Below are positions 10,093-19,880 of a stretch of 64,000 nucleotides of DNA, in pieces. Each line of letters starts with the position of its first letter. The stretch's first letter is position 1. Under the pieces are notes generated by a model. It was given only the letters and a program-made list of their open reading frames with translations. It ran no database searches and was not told the origin of the DNA. Position numbers and translations under genes: made by a program. This DNA comes from a virus: IMG/VR virus record IMGVR_UViG_3300032180_000001, positions 120,981-184,980 of that record. One strand, given 5' to 3'.

Positions 10093-10145
10093 GGCTGGTC
10101 ACCTCCTCGGTGCGCTGCTACCGTCTATTATGCGGCTTGACGCTT

Positions 10146-11534
10146 CTAGTGATAATTGAGACCACGAACCGAAGCGTAGGTACTCACTCCATCCGGTGTC
10201 CACACATCGCAGACGTCCTCGTACCCGTTCGTCGATGACAGCGTGACCACTCCTGACCCGACGGTGGTAGCCGCCCCCGTTATCGTCAGTGTCCCTGCGG
10301 CTCCTGAAGCTGGCTGCTTGACGTGAAGAACAATCTTCTGGGCATACCCGGCGATGATATTCTTGAAAGAGATGGTATTCGCTCCGTTAGCAAGAGTAAT
10401 CTTGAACGTATTTCCTTCGGCGTTGTAGATACCGTCACCGACCGCTGCGTAAACAGTCTGGGATCCTGCCTCCAGTACTCCGCCCATAAGTATAGCAGAA
10501 AACCCCAGGCCTCTCGTATTCGCCAGGAAATCTCCGGAGGTATTGCAGTCCATTATCCCGTTGAAGCTAAACTGGTACGTAAACTCCAGGCCGCTTGTCT
10601 GCTTGTATGCGGCAGGCGAGCTGCTGTAGATCCTGATGACTCCTATGTTTCCGTAGAAGTTAAAGCTACCCCCGGCGTTAATCGGGACCGGCCCGACGTT
10701 TCCGGCTCCGGCATCCGCTTCCATGTTGATGTTGATGATGGACTCAAGGATTCCTGCTCCGGTATTCCCGAAGTCAATTCCCTTGCCCGTGTCCGAGGTC
10801 CCGCACTTGTTGTTCAGCGAGAAGTTAAATACGGGACAGGCAAAGAATCTCGATCCGCCCTGGAAGGCCAGTCCTGTCTGATTCGGGTTACAGAGGGTCT
10901 TAATGTTGACTGAAGCTCCACCGATAACATTCAGACCGGAAGTGTTCCTAGCTAGAACGCCTGTTGTGCAATTACTAGTGTTGAAATCAAAAACACCCCA
11001 GTTAGTCCACCCGACCAGGCTGTCTACCACGATTCCAAGCTGGCCTGCGGCCGAATAATTCTGTGCGCTCACCGATGACTTAGGGCTGTTGATATCTCCG
11101 CACACGAACCCTATCGCGTTAGCCCCGGCATTAGTCCCGTCAACGATAAAACCTGATACATAACCGCCGAGAGAAACAGTCGGGCTGGTAGAACCAATGT
11201 TGAACGCTGAGTCGTACTGATGAAGCCAGGTATTGTTTCCGGTATGGTTGATTGTCGCGCCGGGAGAGATAAAGTTCTGCTGAACACCAAGAACGTGACC
11301 ACCGCTGTCCTTATACGTTCCCGGAGGCAGGAAGATGGTGCCTGGCGACGTCCCAAGTGAAGTGAAAGCGGCAGCGATGGCAGTGCTGCTGTCATTGACT
11401 CCGGTAGAATCAGCACCCTGAACGGTAATCTGCCCAGCTGTCGACCCGTCAGCATTGTGACCAACCAGCAGCCAATTGTTGAGCTGCGTCCCCCAGATAT
11501 TAGTGCTGCCGCTAACCGTCGGCAGGGATGCCAT
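10146..11534 (-). CDS. Pectate-lyase-3-like beta-helix protein (tailspike/depolymerase-like)
   Basis: GADSTGVNDSSTAIAAAF...GTIFLPPGTY motif; N-terminus shared with 13885..16254. Confidence 0.6.
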   Translation of the reverse strand: MASLPTVSGSTNIWGTQLNNWLLVGHNADGSTAGQITVQGADSTGVNDSSTAIAAAFTSLGTSPGTIFLPPGTYKDSGGHVLGVQQNFISPGATINHTGNNTWLHQYDSAFNIGSTSPTVSLGGYVSGFIVDGTNAGANAIGFVCGDINSPKSSVSAQNYSAAGQLGIVVDSLVGWTNWGVFDFNTSNCTTGVLARNTSGLNVIGGASVNIKTLCNPNQTGLAFQGGSRFFACPVFNFSLNNKCGTSDTGKGIDFGNTGAGILESIININMEADAGAGNVGPVPINAGGSFNFYGNIGVIRIYSSSPAAYKQTSGLEFTYQFSFNGIMDCNTSGDFLANTRGLGFSAILMGGVLEAGSQTVYAAVGDGIYNAEGNTFKITLANGANTISFKNIIAGYAQKIVLHVKQPASGAAGTLTITGAATTVGSGVVTLSSTNGYEDVCDVWTPDGVSTYASVRGLNYH

Positions 11535-11688
11535 GCCACCTCCGCGAGCAACGAGAACCGGCTGGCTCCACGCTTACGGCCGCAGCATCTTGCTCTTCAG
11601 CGTACCAGTCCTGGCTGTCTCTCGACTGTCTCTGCCAGAAATCTGCCTCAAAACGCTGAGCACCATTGTCACAGCAGCCCCTCCTGGT

Positions 11689-11925
11689 CTACTCCGCCCC
11701 AGGCTCTGCTCTGCGAGATGCTTCTTCCAGGTACACAGCTGCTGCACGCAACCGGATCGGATCATGACCGGCATGACCAATGAAAAGGTTGCAGTTTCCG
11801 CAAAGAAGACCCCTGATTACACCGGTTCCATGATCATGGTCGACATGCGGACTTTTACCCTTACCCGTACTGCGGAGAACTCCCTGGAAGCCCCAGCACG
11901 TATTTAAGCGGTGTACTGCCCGCAT
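11689..11925 (-). pseudogene. Truncated endonuclease VII-like gene
   Basis: HVDHDHGTGVIRGLLCGNCNLFIG motif; the upstream CxxC and N-terminal part are missing. Confidence 0.55.
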
Positions 11926-11986
11926 CTAGTTCGCCTGACCCGTATTGCTGCTGCGTCCATACTCTCAGCATTTTCTGTCCTGCCCT

Positions 11987-12937
11987 CTAAACGGCGATGT
12001 TAAAGACTGCGGTAACGAGTGCTCCACCAGGTGTCGCCCAAAGGATCGTATTCCCGGTGAAGTACTGAGTCCCGTTGAGGCGAGCATACCAGGTGCGATT
12101 CGGCGTTTGCACGCACCACACCAGATCAGCCGTCTCGGCAGTAGCGGTCAGGTCGGCTACCTTGTCCGTTCGCTCCGTTTCACTAATGCAGAGCTGCGCA
12201 TCCGACGGAAGAGTCTGGGTCGTGTACCACTCGATTCCGTCTGCGCCCGGGGTTGTAGCCGGCCAGCGATGACCTGGAGTAGTAACCGACGAGTGCGAGG
12301 GGCCGTCCATCCGGATGACATCGTAAGGACCGTCGTGGAAAACGTGCACCGATGTAACGGGCTGCCATTCCGCTTGCCCGGTAACCGTGTTCAGAGTCAG
12401 GCAGATATCGCCAGGGATTACCTCGTCGTAACGAAGCCAGCCGCGCTCCGTCATAATTTCAGTATCCGGGCTAACGCAGAACGTTCCGGCCGTGACCGTT
12501 TGCGATCCGCCGAAGTAGTTGAAGCAGAGGCCCTGTTGTGCCGTGCCCGCCCCAGTAATGGTATTATCGTATACCAAACATCCGTAAAAACCGGTCAGCG
12601 TTACCGTTCCGCCGCCTGGGGTGTTTGCCGCCGTAAAGCAGATAGAACTAGAACCGGTGTCGATGGCGAATGCCTTGCCGGTGAGCGCGATACCACCGGC
12701 CGCCCAGTTTGTGCTAGTGACCTCATTACCAGTGACCCACTGGGCGACAGCGTAGGCTGAGTTGGCAACCGAGACTGTCTTGTCCGGCGCCGTGGTGTTG
12801 TTGAATAGCGCGACTTTAATCGAGTCGGCGGACAGGCTGCCATAAGTAGGCGGGGCTGCGGTAGTCCAGCACCTGCCCAGAATTGGGTTAAGCGCGGCCT
12901 GCTGGAAAATAGCCGATCCTGCGGTGGCCCAGCTCAT
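11987..12937 (-). CDS. Putative virion protein interrupted by a mini-intein
   Basis: The extein (~173 aa) is paralogous to 5681..6148. Confidence 0.65.
   Translation of the reverse strand: MSWATAGSAIFQQAALNPILGRCWTTAAPPTYGSLSADSIKVALFNNTTAPDKTVSVANSAYAVAQWVTGNEVTSTNWAAGGIALTGKAFAIDTGSSSICFTAANTPGGGTVTLTGFYGCLVYDNTITGAGTAQQGLCFNYFGGSQTVTAGTFCVSPDTEIMTERGWLRYDEVIPGDICLTLNTVTGQAEWQPVTSVHVFHDGPYDVIRMDGPSHSSVTTPGHRWPATTPGADGIEWYTTQTLPSDAQLCISETERTDKVADLTATAETADLVWCVQTPNRTWYARLNGTQYFTGNTILWATPGGALVTAVFNIAV
12050..12478 (-). mobile_element. Mini-intein (143 aa, no endonuclease)
   Basis: CVSPDTEIMTERGW...SVTTPGHRW...VWCVQTPNRTWYARLNGTQYFTGN followed by Thr(+1). Confidence 0.85.
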
Positions 12938-12944
12938 AATCGCA

Positions 12945-13130
12945 TCATTCCTTCATTTTCTTCTCGTTGCTGTTTTCTGGCTTGACCGCACCTTGGGCGG
13001 CTGCCAAGCCTGCCTGAACGGTAAAGGCTGGAGGTTCCGGAGACGCCGTCATTGAAGCAGACGCGACTCCACCCAGGGCGAGTGCCTGCTCTCGTTCGGT
13101 TTTCAGCCGACGTCGCTGACGCTTTCCCAT
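12945..13130 (-). CDS. Hypothetical protein
   Basis: 61 aa, in operon orientation. Confidence 0.4.
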   Translation of the reverse strand: MGKRQRRRLKTEREQALALGGVASASMTASPEPPAFTVQAGLAAAQGAVKPENSNEKKMKE

Positions 13131-13132
13131 GT

Positions 13133-13453
13133 TCAGTCTCCCCGCTTGCCGCTAGCCACTGACAGCCCCTGATCGCGCAAGATGCACGCAGCCGCGTCGA
13201 GGGAAACCCAGCCGTACTGATAGCCGGCAACCGCAACACTGCCGATGTGGACCTTCTCGCGCTCCTGACGTACATTAGCCAGCTCCGCGCGCAGCGCCCG
13301 GACGGTCTTCCGGCGGAAACCGAGGTGCTCGGCAATCAGCGGGATATAGTCAACTGATACCCAGCCGGGATTTTCGCGCTCGATCAGGCCCATTCGCTGC
13401 AGCTCGCGCACCGCTCGGATCGTCGTGTCCATGTCAACGTCGGCAGGATTCAT
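13133..13453 (-). CDS. Hypothetical protein
   Basis: 106 aa, in operon orientation. Confidence 0.5.
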   Translation of the reverse strand: MNPADVDMDTTIRAVRELQRMGLIERENPGWVSVDYIPLIAEHLGFRRKTVRALRAELANVRQEREKVHIGSVAVAGYQYGWVSLDAAACILRDQGLSVASGKRGD

Positions 13454-13459
13454 GAGCCG

Positions 13460-13789
13460 TCAGTCCCCGAGCCTGAGCTGCGCGAGCCCGGCGTTAGCGG
13501 CTAGATCGGTACCCTCGTCGCGAGTTGTCCTGATCGACATGTACGGCCGGCCATCGTCTCCGGTCGCCTGGATCTCACCGTTCAGGTAATCCTCGCGCTC
13601 GACAGCCTCCACCTTGCAGGCAGTCCCGGCGCGAACGAGAGGCGCGGTGAGGTAATGCAGCCGCGGGCAGGTATGGAACCGTGAAGAGCCGGGGGGTAGC
13701 GCGGGGACTCGCTCTGACAGCCCGCAGTTGGGACATGACCAGTCTTCAAACGGCGTTCGCAGCAGCGGTACGTTCCGCGGCACGTCCAT
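13460..13789 (-). CDS. Hypothetical protein with CPNC...FHTC motif
   Basis: ATG 13789 after GGGAG; Cys/His motif. Confidence 0.5.
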   Translation of the reverse strand: MDVPRNVPLLRTPFEDWSCPNCGLSERVPALPPGSSRFHTCPRLHYLTAPLVRAGTACKVEAVEREDYLNGEIQATGDDGRPYMSIRTTRDEGTDLAANAGLAQLRLGD

Positions 13790-13884
13790 GCGGCAGCTCC
13801 CGGGTTCGGAATCCGCCGGCTCCTGGGTGGCCGCAGCGCTACTGACCTTCAGCATAGCAGCCTGGACAACACTCGTTCCGCTGG

Positions 13885-16254
13885 CTACTGGAAATAGGTA
13901 ATCACGAGCGCGTACCCGGCGGCGCCCTGAGCGCCCGCACCTGAAGACGTGCCGCCTGAGCATGCTCCTCCGCCTCCGCCACCGCCGCCAGTGTTCGCCT
14001 GAGGAGATGCCCCCGCCTGTGCCGCTCCGGTGATCGCCGCCGCCCCGCCACCGCCACCAGGCCCAGTTCCGCCTTGAAAGGCCGGAGCCGTACCGCTAGT
14101 CGGAGATGCCCCGCCGACAATACCGCCAGCAGAAGTATTGGCACTTGATCCCAGGAATGTATAATAACCGACTCCGCCATTGGCAGCCGTCGGCCCGGAA
14201 GCGATCACCCCGCCACCTCCGCCGCCGCCGCTTGTCGCACCTTGGACTGCGGCATCACTGGTTCCGCCGGTTCCTGTCGTTCCGGTACCACCCGCTCCAC
14301 CGGTTGTCAGCCCGGATCCGCCTCCACCGCCGGCTGCCGTTCCCGACGCACCCGGCCCAGCCGCGCCTGCTGCTCCACCGTGCGCCCACAGATAAGAACC
14401 GAAAAACGTTCCTGATCCGGCAACGCCTGGGTTACCCGCGCCAGCCCCCGTAACGGCCGCTCCGCCCGCTCCCCCGGTGCCGAGGGTGACCGCGACCGTG
14501 CCGGATAGCTGTGACGCCTGAAACATGGCCGTCGAATAGCCGCCTCCTCCGCCGCCACTACCGCCGACTGCGGCTCCGCTTGCCTCGAATGCCCCGGATC
14601 CGCCGCCACCGCCGTCCGCGACGAGGGCGACATAAACAGTCTGCGCTCCAGCTGGCTTCGTCCATGTTGCCGTGGAGGTATAAAAATTGACTTGCGGAGT
14701 GACAATTGAAGATCCGGGGGTGTCTAGATTAGTCCACGAGCCACCCGAACCGGTACCGGTAAAAATAGATTCGAGGTCTCCGGAAGCGACAGCGGTATAA
14801 ACCCCGGTAGCAGGAGCGTAGTTAGCGTAGTTCCGGACCGAAATGCTCACCGGGCTGGCGCCGGCTGGAACGATGCAGGTAGCTTTCGGGCCATTCAGCG
14901 TCACCAGGTCCAGGTTGACTCTGCACGGCCGTGTGCTCGCCGATCCGCTGATCGATATAATCGGAGCCTGATAAGCACCTGAGGAATACATCAGAGCTGA
15001 TATACTATTAAAACTCCACTGACCGCCGATGACAGTAATAAGCGGATTACCAGCCTGCGGATAAACAGTTGTAAAGGCAATATCCTCAAATGATACCGGA
15101 GTCGGACTGAAACTATTGGTACCAAGGATAAATTGTGAACTGTTCTGCGACTGAATATTTTTAATTGTCGTCTGACCAGCACTATTATCAGTGAAATAAA
15201 AATCACACCAGTTCTGCGCTGGCTGGGCTCCGAGCAGAGCGAAACTAGAGCAATTTATCTTGTATCCGTAGTAGCACAGGTTAGCATCAACTCCGAGACC
15301 CCGGTGATCATAGTTGTTCCCGTTGCCGCCGCAGCCGAAGGCAAAAGCCACCAACCAGTTCCCGGTGCTGCTCCAGGATCCACCTGCCTGTCCTCCGGTT
15401 ACGATAACATTTTCTAGCGTCGTGCCGTCGACCTGTCGGGCACCGTTTCCTTCTAGCGAGAGCCCAGTAATGAATTTAAGAGTACGAATACGAATATCCC
15501 GGAAGCAGTTTCCCGAAGTCGACCGAGCTGCGACATTAGCCGATACAACAGCGACCGTTACGGTAACGGTTCCGGTGGCCGTGCAGTTCTGCGACAGCGT
15601 CCACCCGACACCGGAAGTGGAGGTGAGAACAGTCGTCCCGCCGGGGATGCCGGTACCCGTTACCGTCGCGCCGACGTCGTAGGCCTGAGCCAGAGTGTTA
15701 GTTACGACCGCCGACCCGGAAATAGTTCCGCAGCCCGCGTCGGTCCGGCTGGCCGTCACCCAGTCGAGCCGGATGCCGTCAATGACCTGCTCGGTTCCGT
15801 CACCCGTGACCTCGAAGCCCTCGAACACCCCGTCCGCAGATCCGTTAACGAACAGCACCGCCTGGGTGAACCCGGTTCCGGACGCGCGGATGTTGGTCAT
15901 CGCCGGGCCGTCGCCGATCAGCTTGAAGTTCTGCACCGACTGGATAATCAGGTCCGACGTTACTTTGTACGTACCGCGTGGGAGGTAGACCGGTGCGAGC
16001 GCTCCCCGGGTATGTGTGGCTGGAGCAGCATTGCCGGTGGCGGCGTTAATGGCCGCCTGAATCGCAGCGGTGTCATCGGTGGTGCCGTTGCCGGTCGCCC
16101 CGTACTGCGGGTCCTGCACGTTGATGACACCGCTGACACCGTTGACGCTGGCCAGGGATCCGTCAGCCTTGTGCGCGACCCGCAGCCAGGTATTGAGCTG
16201 CGTGCCCCATGAGTTCTGGCTAGCGCCCTGGCTGGGAAGGCTCGGCGTTGTCAT
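13885..16254 (-). CDS. Pectate-lyase-3-like beta-helix protein with Gly-rich C-terminus
   Basis: VINVQDPQYGATGNGTTDDTAAIQAAINAA...VYLPRGTYKV motif; poly-Gly tail. Confidence 0.65.
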   Translation of the reverse strand: MTTPSLPSQGASQNSWGTQLNTWLRVAHKADGSLASVNGVSGVINVQDPQYGATGNGTTDDTAAIQAAINAATGNAAPATHTRGALAPVYLPRGTYKVTSDLIIQSVQNFKLIGDGPAMTNIRASGTGFTQAVLFVNGSADGVFEGFEVTGDGTEQVIDGIRLDWVTASRTDAGCGTISGSAVVTNTLAQAYDVGATVTGTGIPGGTTVLTSTSGVGWTLSQNCTATGTVTVTVAVVSANVAARSTSGNCFRDIRIRTLKFITGLSLEGNGARQVDGTTLENVIVTGGQAGGSWSSTGNWLVAFAFGCGGNGNNYDHRGLGVDANLCYYGYKINCSSFALLGAQPAQNWCDFYFTDNSAGQTTIKNIQSQNSSQFILGTNSFSPTPVSFEDIAFTTVYPQAGNPLITVIGGQWSFNSISALMYSSGAYQAPIISISGSASTRPCRVNLDLVTLNGPKATCIVPAGASPVSISVRNYANYAPATGVYTAVASGDLESIFTGTGSGGSWTNLDTPGSSIVTPQVNFYTSTATWTKPAGAQTVYVALVADGGGGGSGAFEASGAAVGGSGGGGGGYSTAMFQASQLSGTVAVTLGTGGAGGAAVTGAGAGNPGVAGSGTFFGSYLWAHGGAAGAAGPGASGTAAGGGGGSGLTTGGAGGTGTTGTGGTSDAAVQGATSGGGGGGGVIASGPTAANGGVGYYTFLGSSANTSAGGIVGGASPTSGTAPAFQGGTGPGGGGGAAAITGAAQAGASPQANTGGGGGGGGACSGGTSSGAGAQGAAGYALVITYFQ

Positions 16255-16326
16255 GCGGCTGCTCCCGGATCGCGAGTGTCCCCGCCGGCTCCGTCTCAGG
16301 CCGCAGCGCTACTGGCCTCTAGCGTA

Positions 16327-16614
16327 TCAGCCTTGGTTCCGCCCGTTTCGCTGGCTGAGCGCCGCCACATCGAAAACCGTGGCCGGAACCACCTTGCTGC
16401 CGCCTCCGGCCATAGAATCACGGAGACCCGTCAGGACATCCAGCCAGTTGCCTAGATCTTCAGCGCTGAGCAACGCGGTGAACGTAGTCGAGGCAGACCG
16501 CAGCGTGATCACGGCGAAAGTACCGGCAGGCGCATCGATGGTACCGGTCTCCAGGCGGACGGGCACCTGAGTGAGCAGCTGGTTCGCAGAATCGACGAAC
16601 GACGGAGTTGTCAC
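16327..16614 (-). CDS. Hypothetical protein
   Basis: 95 aa, coupled to the methyltransferase. Confidence 0.5.
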   Translation of the reverse strand: MTTPSFVDSANQLLTQVPVRLETGTIDAPAGTFAVITLRSASTTFTALLSAEDLGNWLDVLTGLRDSMAGGGSKVVPATVFDVAALSQRNGRNQG

Positions 16615-18101
16615 GGCTTCTGCCAGATGCCTCGAATGACGTCTACATCATCGAGCACGACCCACCAGCTGTCCGGCGGCCTGGCAAGCAAGTTAACGCC
16701 GATGAGCACCGCTCCCCGCTTCATGTCCTCCTGCACCTTCCGCTCAAGCTGCGCCTGAAGCTCCCGGTCATGGAACGTCAGGTTGAGGAAGATGATGTCC
16801 TGATCCCCGTACCCTTCGTAGCTAAGGGCATCACGACGGCGTACCCCGTCGAGGCCGAGCTTCCGCGCTTGATCGAGATACTCGGGTACTCGCTCGATGC
16901 CGGCTACCTCGAGACCAAAAATCTCCTGCGCGAGCAGCATCTTAGTACCGATCCCGCAGTTCCCGGTCATCACTACGTTCCCGCCGCGACGCATAACCCA
17001 GAAGCCTGTCGGCACGGTAAAGCAGTAGGCCTTCCCGTCTTCGCTCGGCACCTTCAGGATATCCGTTTTCGGACGGCCTGCCATACCAACCATAGTGTTA
17101 GTATTGGCAAACACAGTGTAGTCAGTAGCATCCCCACGTCGATCTTCACGAAGTACCGCTCGGTACCCGCTGGCGGTCATCGCATACTGAATGAAGTCCG
17201 CTGATTCTCGGATACGCGTGCTAAATCGCCCGGCCCGTGATTCAGTTACACTGCCATCCCAGTGCAGGCATTCCTCTGAGATTACGCGAAGCTGCTCGGT
17301 CGAAGCAGGCCAGAACCCTTCATATGACTTCGTAGACCACGGCGGGATGAAACTGAAACGCACTGTTCGCGTATTGTCGAGTGATTCATGATAAGAAATT
17401 CCTGCTGCCGCAAGCAGTTCACGTGCACGTTCGATTTTTCGTGGCTTGCGAAACTTCAGAACCGCATTTTCAGGTCGCCGCAGATACCCGTCTGCGTTCA
17501 CCATAACCTGAACCCTGATCTGTTCATCGGACAGCTCTACCTTGGTGCTGATCTGCGGGATAAACGTCGTCTGAAACTCGCCACTAACGCCTAGCGCTAG
17601 ACGACCGTGCTCTGCTGCGAACTTTTCCGCCGTCCACACCGTAGGAACGCGACGCCTCTCTGCACCGGTGATCTTCCAGAACAGTACTCGGTGCTCTGCG
17701 GACAGACGCTGATTGATACCGTATTTGGTATGCAGGTCATAAAACTCATCGCATGACTTGACGATATAGCGCTCCGGCTGTACTAGCGCGCCCTCTCCAG
17801 TGTCCGGATCGTACTGCATCACCGGGCCGCCATCGTAGTCGACGATCCTGCACCAACCTGTCGGCGACAGGTACTCGCTGTCCGCATCAACGCAACCGAC
17901 CTCGAAGAAAACATCACCAGAAGCTTCCGGCAGTGCCTCAGCGAGCAAGGAGATGAACTCAGGTACCGAGAACGGCATCCACGGCAGGCTGTCCGGCTTC
18001 TCACGTCCGGCCGGATTGGTCATCCACTCGCGGTCCAGCTTTGCGACCGTGCGAAGCGTGTCAGCGATGTTCTTTGCGATGTGCTTACTGTTCGCGCTCA
18101 C
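16611..18101 (-). CDS. Class I SAM-dependent methyltransferase with intein
   Basis: Motif I VFFEVG|CGIG is rejoined on intein removal (184-aa extein); AGIER motif II. Confidence 0.75.
   Translation of the reverse strand: MSANSKHIAKNIADTLRTVAKLDREWMTNPAGREKPDSLPWMPFSVPEFISLLAEALPEASGDVFFEVGCVDADSEYLSPTGWCRIVDYDGGPVMQYDPDTGEGALVQPERYIVKSCDEFYDLHTKYGINQRLSAEHRVLFWKITGAERRRVPTVWTAEKFAAEHGRLALGVSGEFQTTFIPQISTKVELSDEQIRVQVMVNADGYLRRPENAVLKFRKPRKIERARELLAAAGISYHESLDNTRTVRFSFIPPWSTKSYEGFWPASTEQLRVISEECLHWDGSVTESRAGRFSTRIRESADFIQYAMTASGYRAVLREDRRGDATDYTVFANTNTMVGMAGRPKTDILKVPSEDGKAYCFTVPTGFWVMRRGGNVVMTGNCGIGTKMLLAQEIFGLEVAGIERVPEYLDQARKLGLDGVRRRDALSYEGYGDQDIIFLNLTFHDRELQAQLERKVQEDMKRGAVLIGVNLLARPPDSWWVVLDDVDVIRGIWQKP
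16959..17894 (-). mobile_element. Intein with LAGLIDADG-type endonuclease (312 aa)
   Basis: CVDADSEYLSPTGW...VMVNADG...CLHWDG...YCFTVPTGFWVMRRGGNVVMTGN followed by Cys(+1). Confidence 0.85.
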
Positions 18102-18268
18102 GCGCTGTCCTCCGGCTCGTAGTCGTTGTCGATCTTCAGCGGCAAGACCGCGTCCGGGAGTTCCGGCAGCTCCTCGCCTGGCCTAGCGTTGCTCCAGTCG
18201 GGCTTGTCACCACCGCGGTGCTCCTCGGGCGGCAGCTTCGGCTTCTTGACTTCCCTTGTCTCTTCCAC
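18098..18268 (-). CDS. Small acidic Pro-rich protein
   Basis: GTG 18268 after GGAGGA; GTGA overlap with the methyltransferase start; 56 aa. Confidence 0.45.
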   Translation of the reverse strand: MEETREVKKPKLPPEEHRGGDKPDWSNARPGEELPELPDAVLPLKIDNDYEPEDSA

Positions 18269-18293
18269 GGTTTCCTCCGCTCCTGCTGGTGCC

Positions 18294-18329
18294 GGTCCGC
18301 TGCAGCGGCAACCTACGCTGCAGCGGACC
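18294..18329. promoter_or_regulatory. Perfect 14-bp-stem hairpin in an intergenic gap
   Basis: GGTCCGCTGCAGCG-8 nt-CGCTGCAGCGGACC; no U-tract. Confidence 0.5.
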
Positions 18330-18343
18330 GAACTGCTGCCACC

Positions 18344-19417
18344 CTACGTCAGACCCCGTACCTGCGGAAAGAGGTTCTGATACGCATCGCGCCATCGGGT
18401 CCAGTTTTTCTCGATCGTCCAGCTTCGAGCATCATCGCGGGCAGCCTCACCCAGCTTCAGGCGAAGGTTTTCGTCAGAAGCCAAAATGCTGAGATACTTG
18501 AGCCACTCATGTTCATAGCGAACGAGGAATCCGTTCTCACCATGCCGGATAAAACCACTGTAAACCGGACAGTCAGTAGCGATCGACGGAATGCCGCGAG
18601 CTGCCGCCTCCAAAACCTTAATATTGCTCTTAGACAGATCGAATTCGGTAACGGCGAGCGGTGCGAGATTGATGTCGAAGTCAAGCGTCGCGTAATAGCC
18701 TTCAGGGTCCTCGTACACCGGAACCCAGGGGCGGAACTTTGCCCGGTTCCCGACCTTGAAGGTTGGCCGGTAGTCAGTACCGCCGAGATGGAAATCCCAG
18801 CCTGAAAATCGCTTCAGGAACCTGCGGACTGAACTGGTGATCAGGCTGACATCGATACCGTGACTGGCGCCTCCCTGCCAGCCGATGGACGGGCGCGACC
18901 TGACTCGGGGCGTTTCCGCTGAGCCTGTAACCTGACTGGGCGGTACCGTATCCAGCAGCCAAGCGGGGATGCAATTTGGCAGCACGGCGATGTTCTCGTT
19001 CCCGGTATGCTCATGGATAACCCGAGCCAGCTGATCGGTGGTCACGGTAACCAGGTCGGAAACTTCGGCCATGTGCGTCACAGCATCCTGGACATCTCCC
19101 CGCTGGTAGAGGCTGTAAGCCTGGAAGTTGATCGGCGAGATGCTGAACACGTCGTCGTCGGTCTCATAGACGAGCCGTGATTGCGGGGTCCGAGCGCGAC
19201 GCCAGGTTTCCAGCCCACGGTGCGTATTAAAACGCTGTCCGATGATGATGTCAAAGCCCTGCATGTCCCGGAGCGTGACCGGCGTCCTGTTGCCCTTGTC
19301 GTCGCTGGCCGACCGGAAGGTTACCTCATGACCGTGCTTTTCGAGCTGACGCAAAGGCAATTCAATCCGGTACCAGCAACATCCGCTTCCACCGTCATGA
19401 CCTGCGAAGATCCTCAC
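18344..19417 (-). CDS. Glycosyltransferase, GT-B/GT4-like
   Basis: WYRIELP, YETDDD, IGWQGG, KSNIKVLEAAARGIPSIA motifs. Confidence 0.75.
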   Translation of the reverse strand: MRIFAGHDGGSGCCWYRIELPLRQLEKHGHEVTFRSASDDKGNRTPVTLRDMQGFDIIIGQRFNTHRGLETWRRARTPQSRLVYETDDDVFSISPINFQAYSLYQRGDVQDAVTHMAEVSDLVTVTTDQLARVIHEHTGNENIAVLPNCIPAWLLDTVPPSQVTGSAETPRVRSRPSIGWQGGASHGIDVSLITSSVRRFLKRFSGWDFHLGGTDYRPTFKVGNRAKFRPWVPVYEDPEGYYATLDFDINLAPLAVTEFDLSKSNIKVLEAAARGIPSIATDCPVYSGFIRHGENGFLVRYEHEWLKYLSILASDENLRLKLGEAARDDARSWTIEKNWTRWRDAYQNLFPQVRGLT

Positions 19418-19429
19418 TGTGCTCCCTCC

Positions 19430-19648
19430 TTACCGCTGTACTGACCCTGTTGACCAGATGCCCTGCTCGTAGTGCGTTTTCATCCGGTGGTAGAGAGCGT
19501 CCAGCTCAGCGCGGGTCATCACGAGAAGCTGACAGCGCAGTTCCTCGTCCGGCTCATCCTCTCGTTCGATGAAGATGCTCGCCTCTACCCAGTCGGTCTC
19601 CGCTTCGTTCAGCTCGCTTGCCTCAAGAGAAATCCGGGACTTACTCAC
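19430..19648 (-). CDS. Hypothetical protein
   Basis: 72 aa, coupled. Confidence 0.45.
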   Translation of the reverse strand: MSKSRISLEASELNEAETDWVEASIFIEREDEPDEELRCQLLVMTRAELDALYHRMKTHYEQGIWSTGSVQR

Positions 19649-19755
19649 AGCTTTCCCTCCGCCTGCAGTCTCCGGGTCAGGCCAATTCTGTGCTCGACAT
19701 CAAGCCGGACTCCGAACCTGGCGATGAACACCGGATTGGCAGTTATCACCGTCAT
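19645..19755 (-). CDS. 36-aa peptide paralogous to the C-terminus of the PLD-like protein
   Basis: MTVITANPVFIARFGVRLDVEHRIGL versus SANPVFLARFGARLDTEHRTGL; coupled on both sides. Confidence 0.45.
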   Translation of the reverse strand: MTVITANPVFIARFGVRLDVEHRIGLTRRLQAEGKL

Positions 19756-19880
19756 GACCTGCGAAGATCTTCACCGCGCTGTCTCCTAACATACGTAAGG
19801 CCGATACCATCGGGGTGATACCAGTCGCCAAACCACGCCGGAGCGCCAAGAAACCGAAGAAAGCACCAGAGATCCTTCAC
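19752..19880 (-). CDS. 42-aa hypothetical peptide
   Basis: GTGA and ATGA overlaps at both ends. Confidence 0.35.
   Translation of the reverse strand: MKDLWCFLRFLGAPAWFGDWYHPDGIGLTYVRRQRGEDLRRS

Noticed and set aside
11689-11925. Functional endonuclease VII, and its TTA codon as part of the recoding set
   Set aside because: The N-terminal zinc ligands are missing and the reading frame is uncertain, so it is treated as a remnant and not counted.
146-16570. Many plus-strand ORFs (e.g. 146..742, 955..1587, 3013..3666, 9703..10068, 11945..12760)
   Set aside because: They are antisense shadows of GC-rich, low-complexity minus-strand genes; no motifs or RBS.
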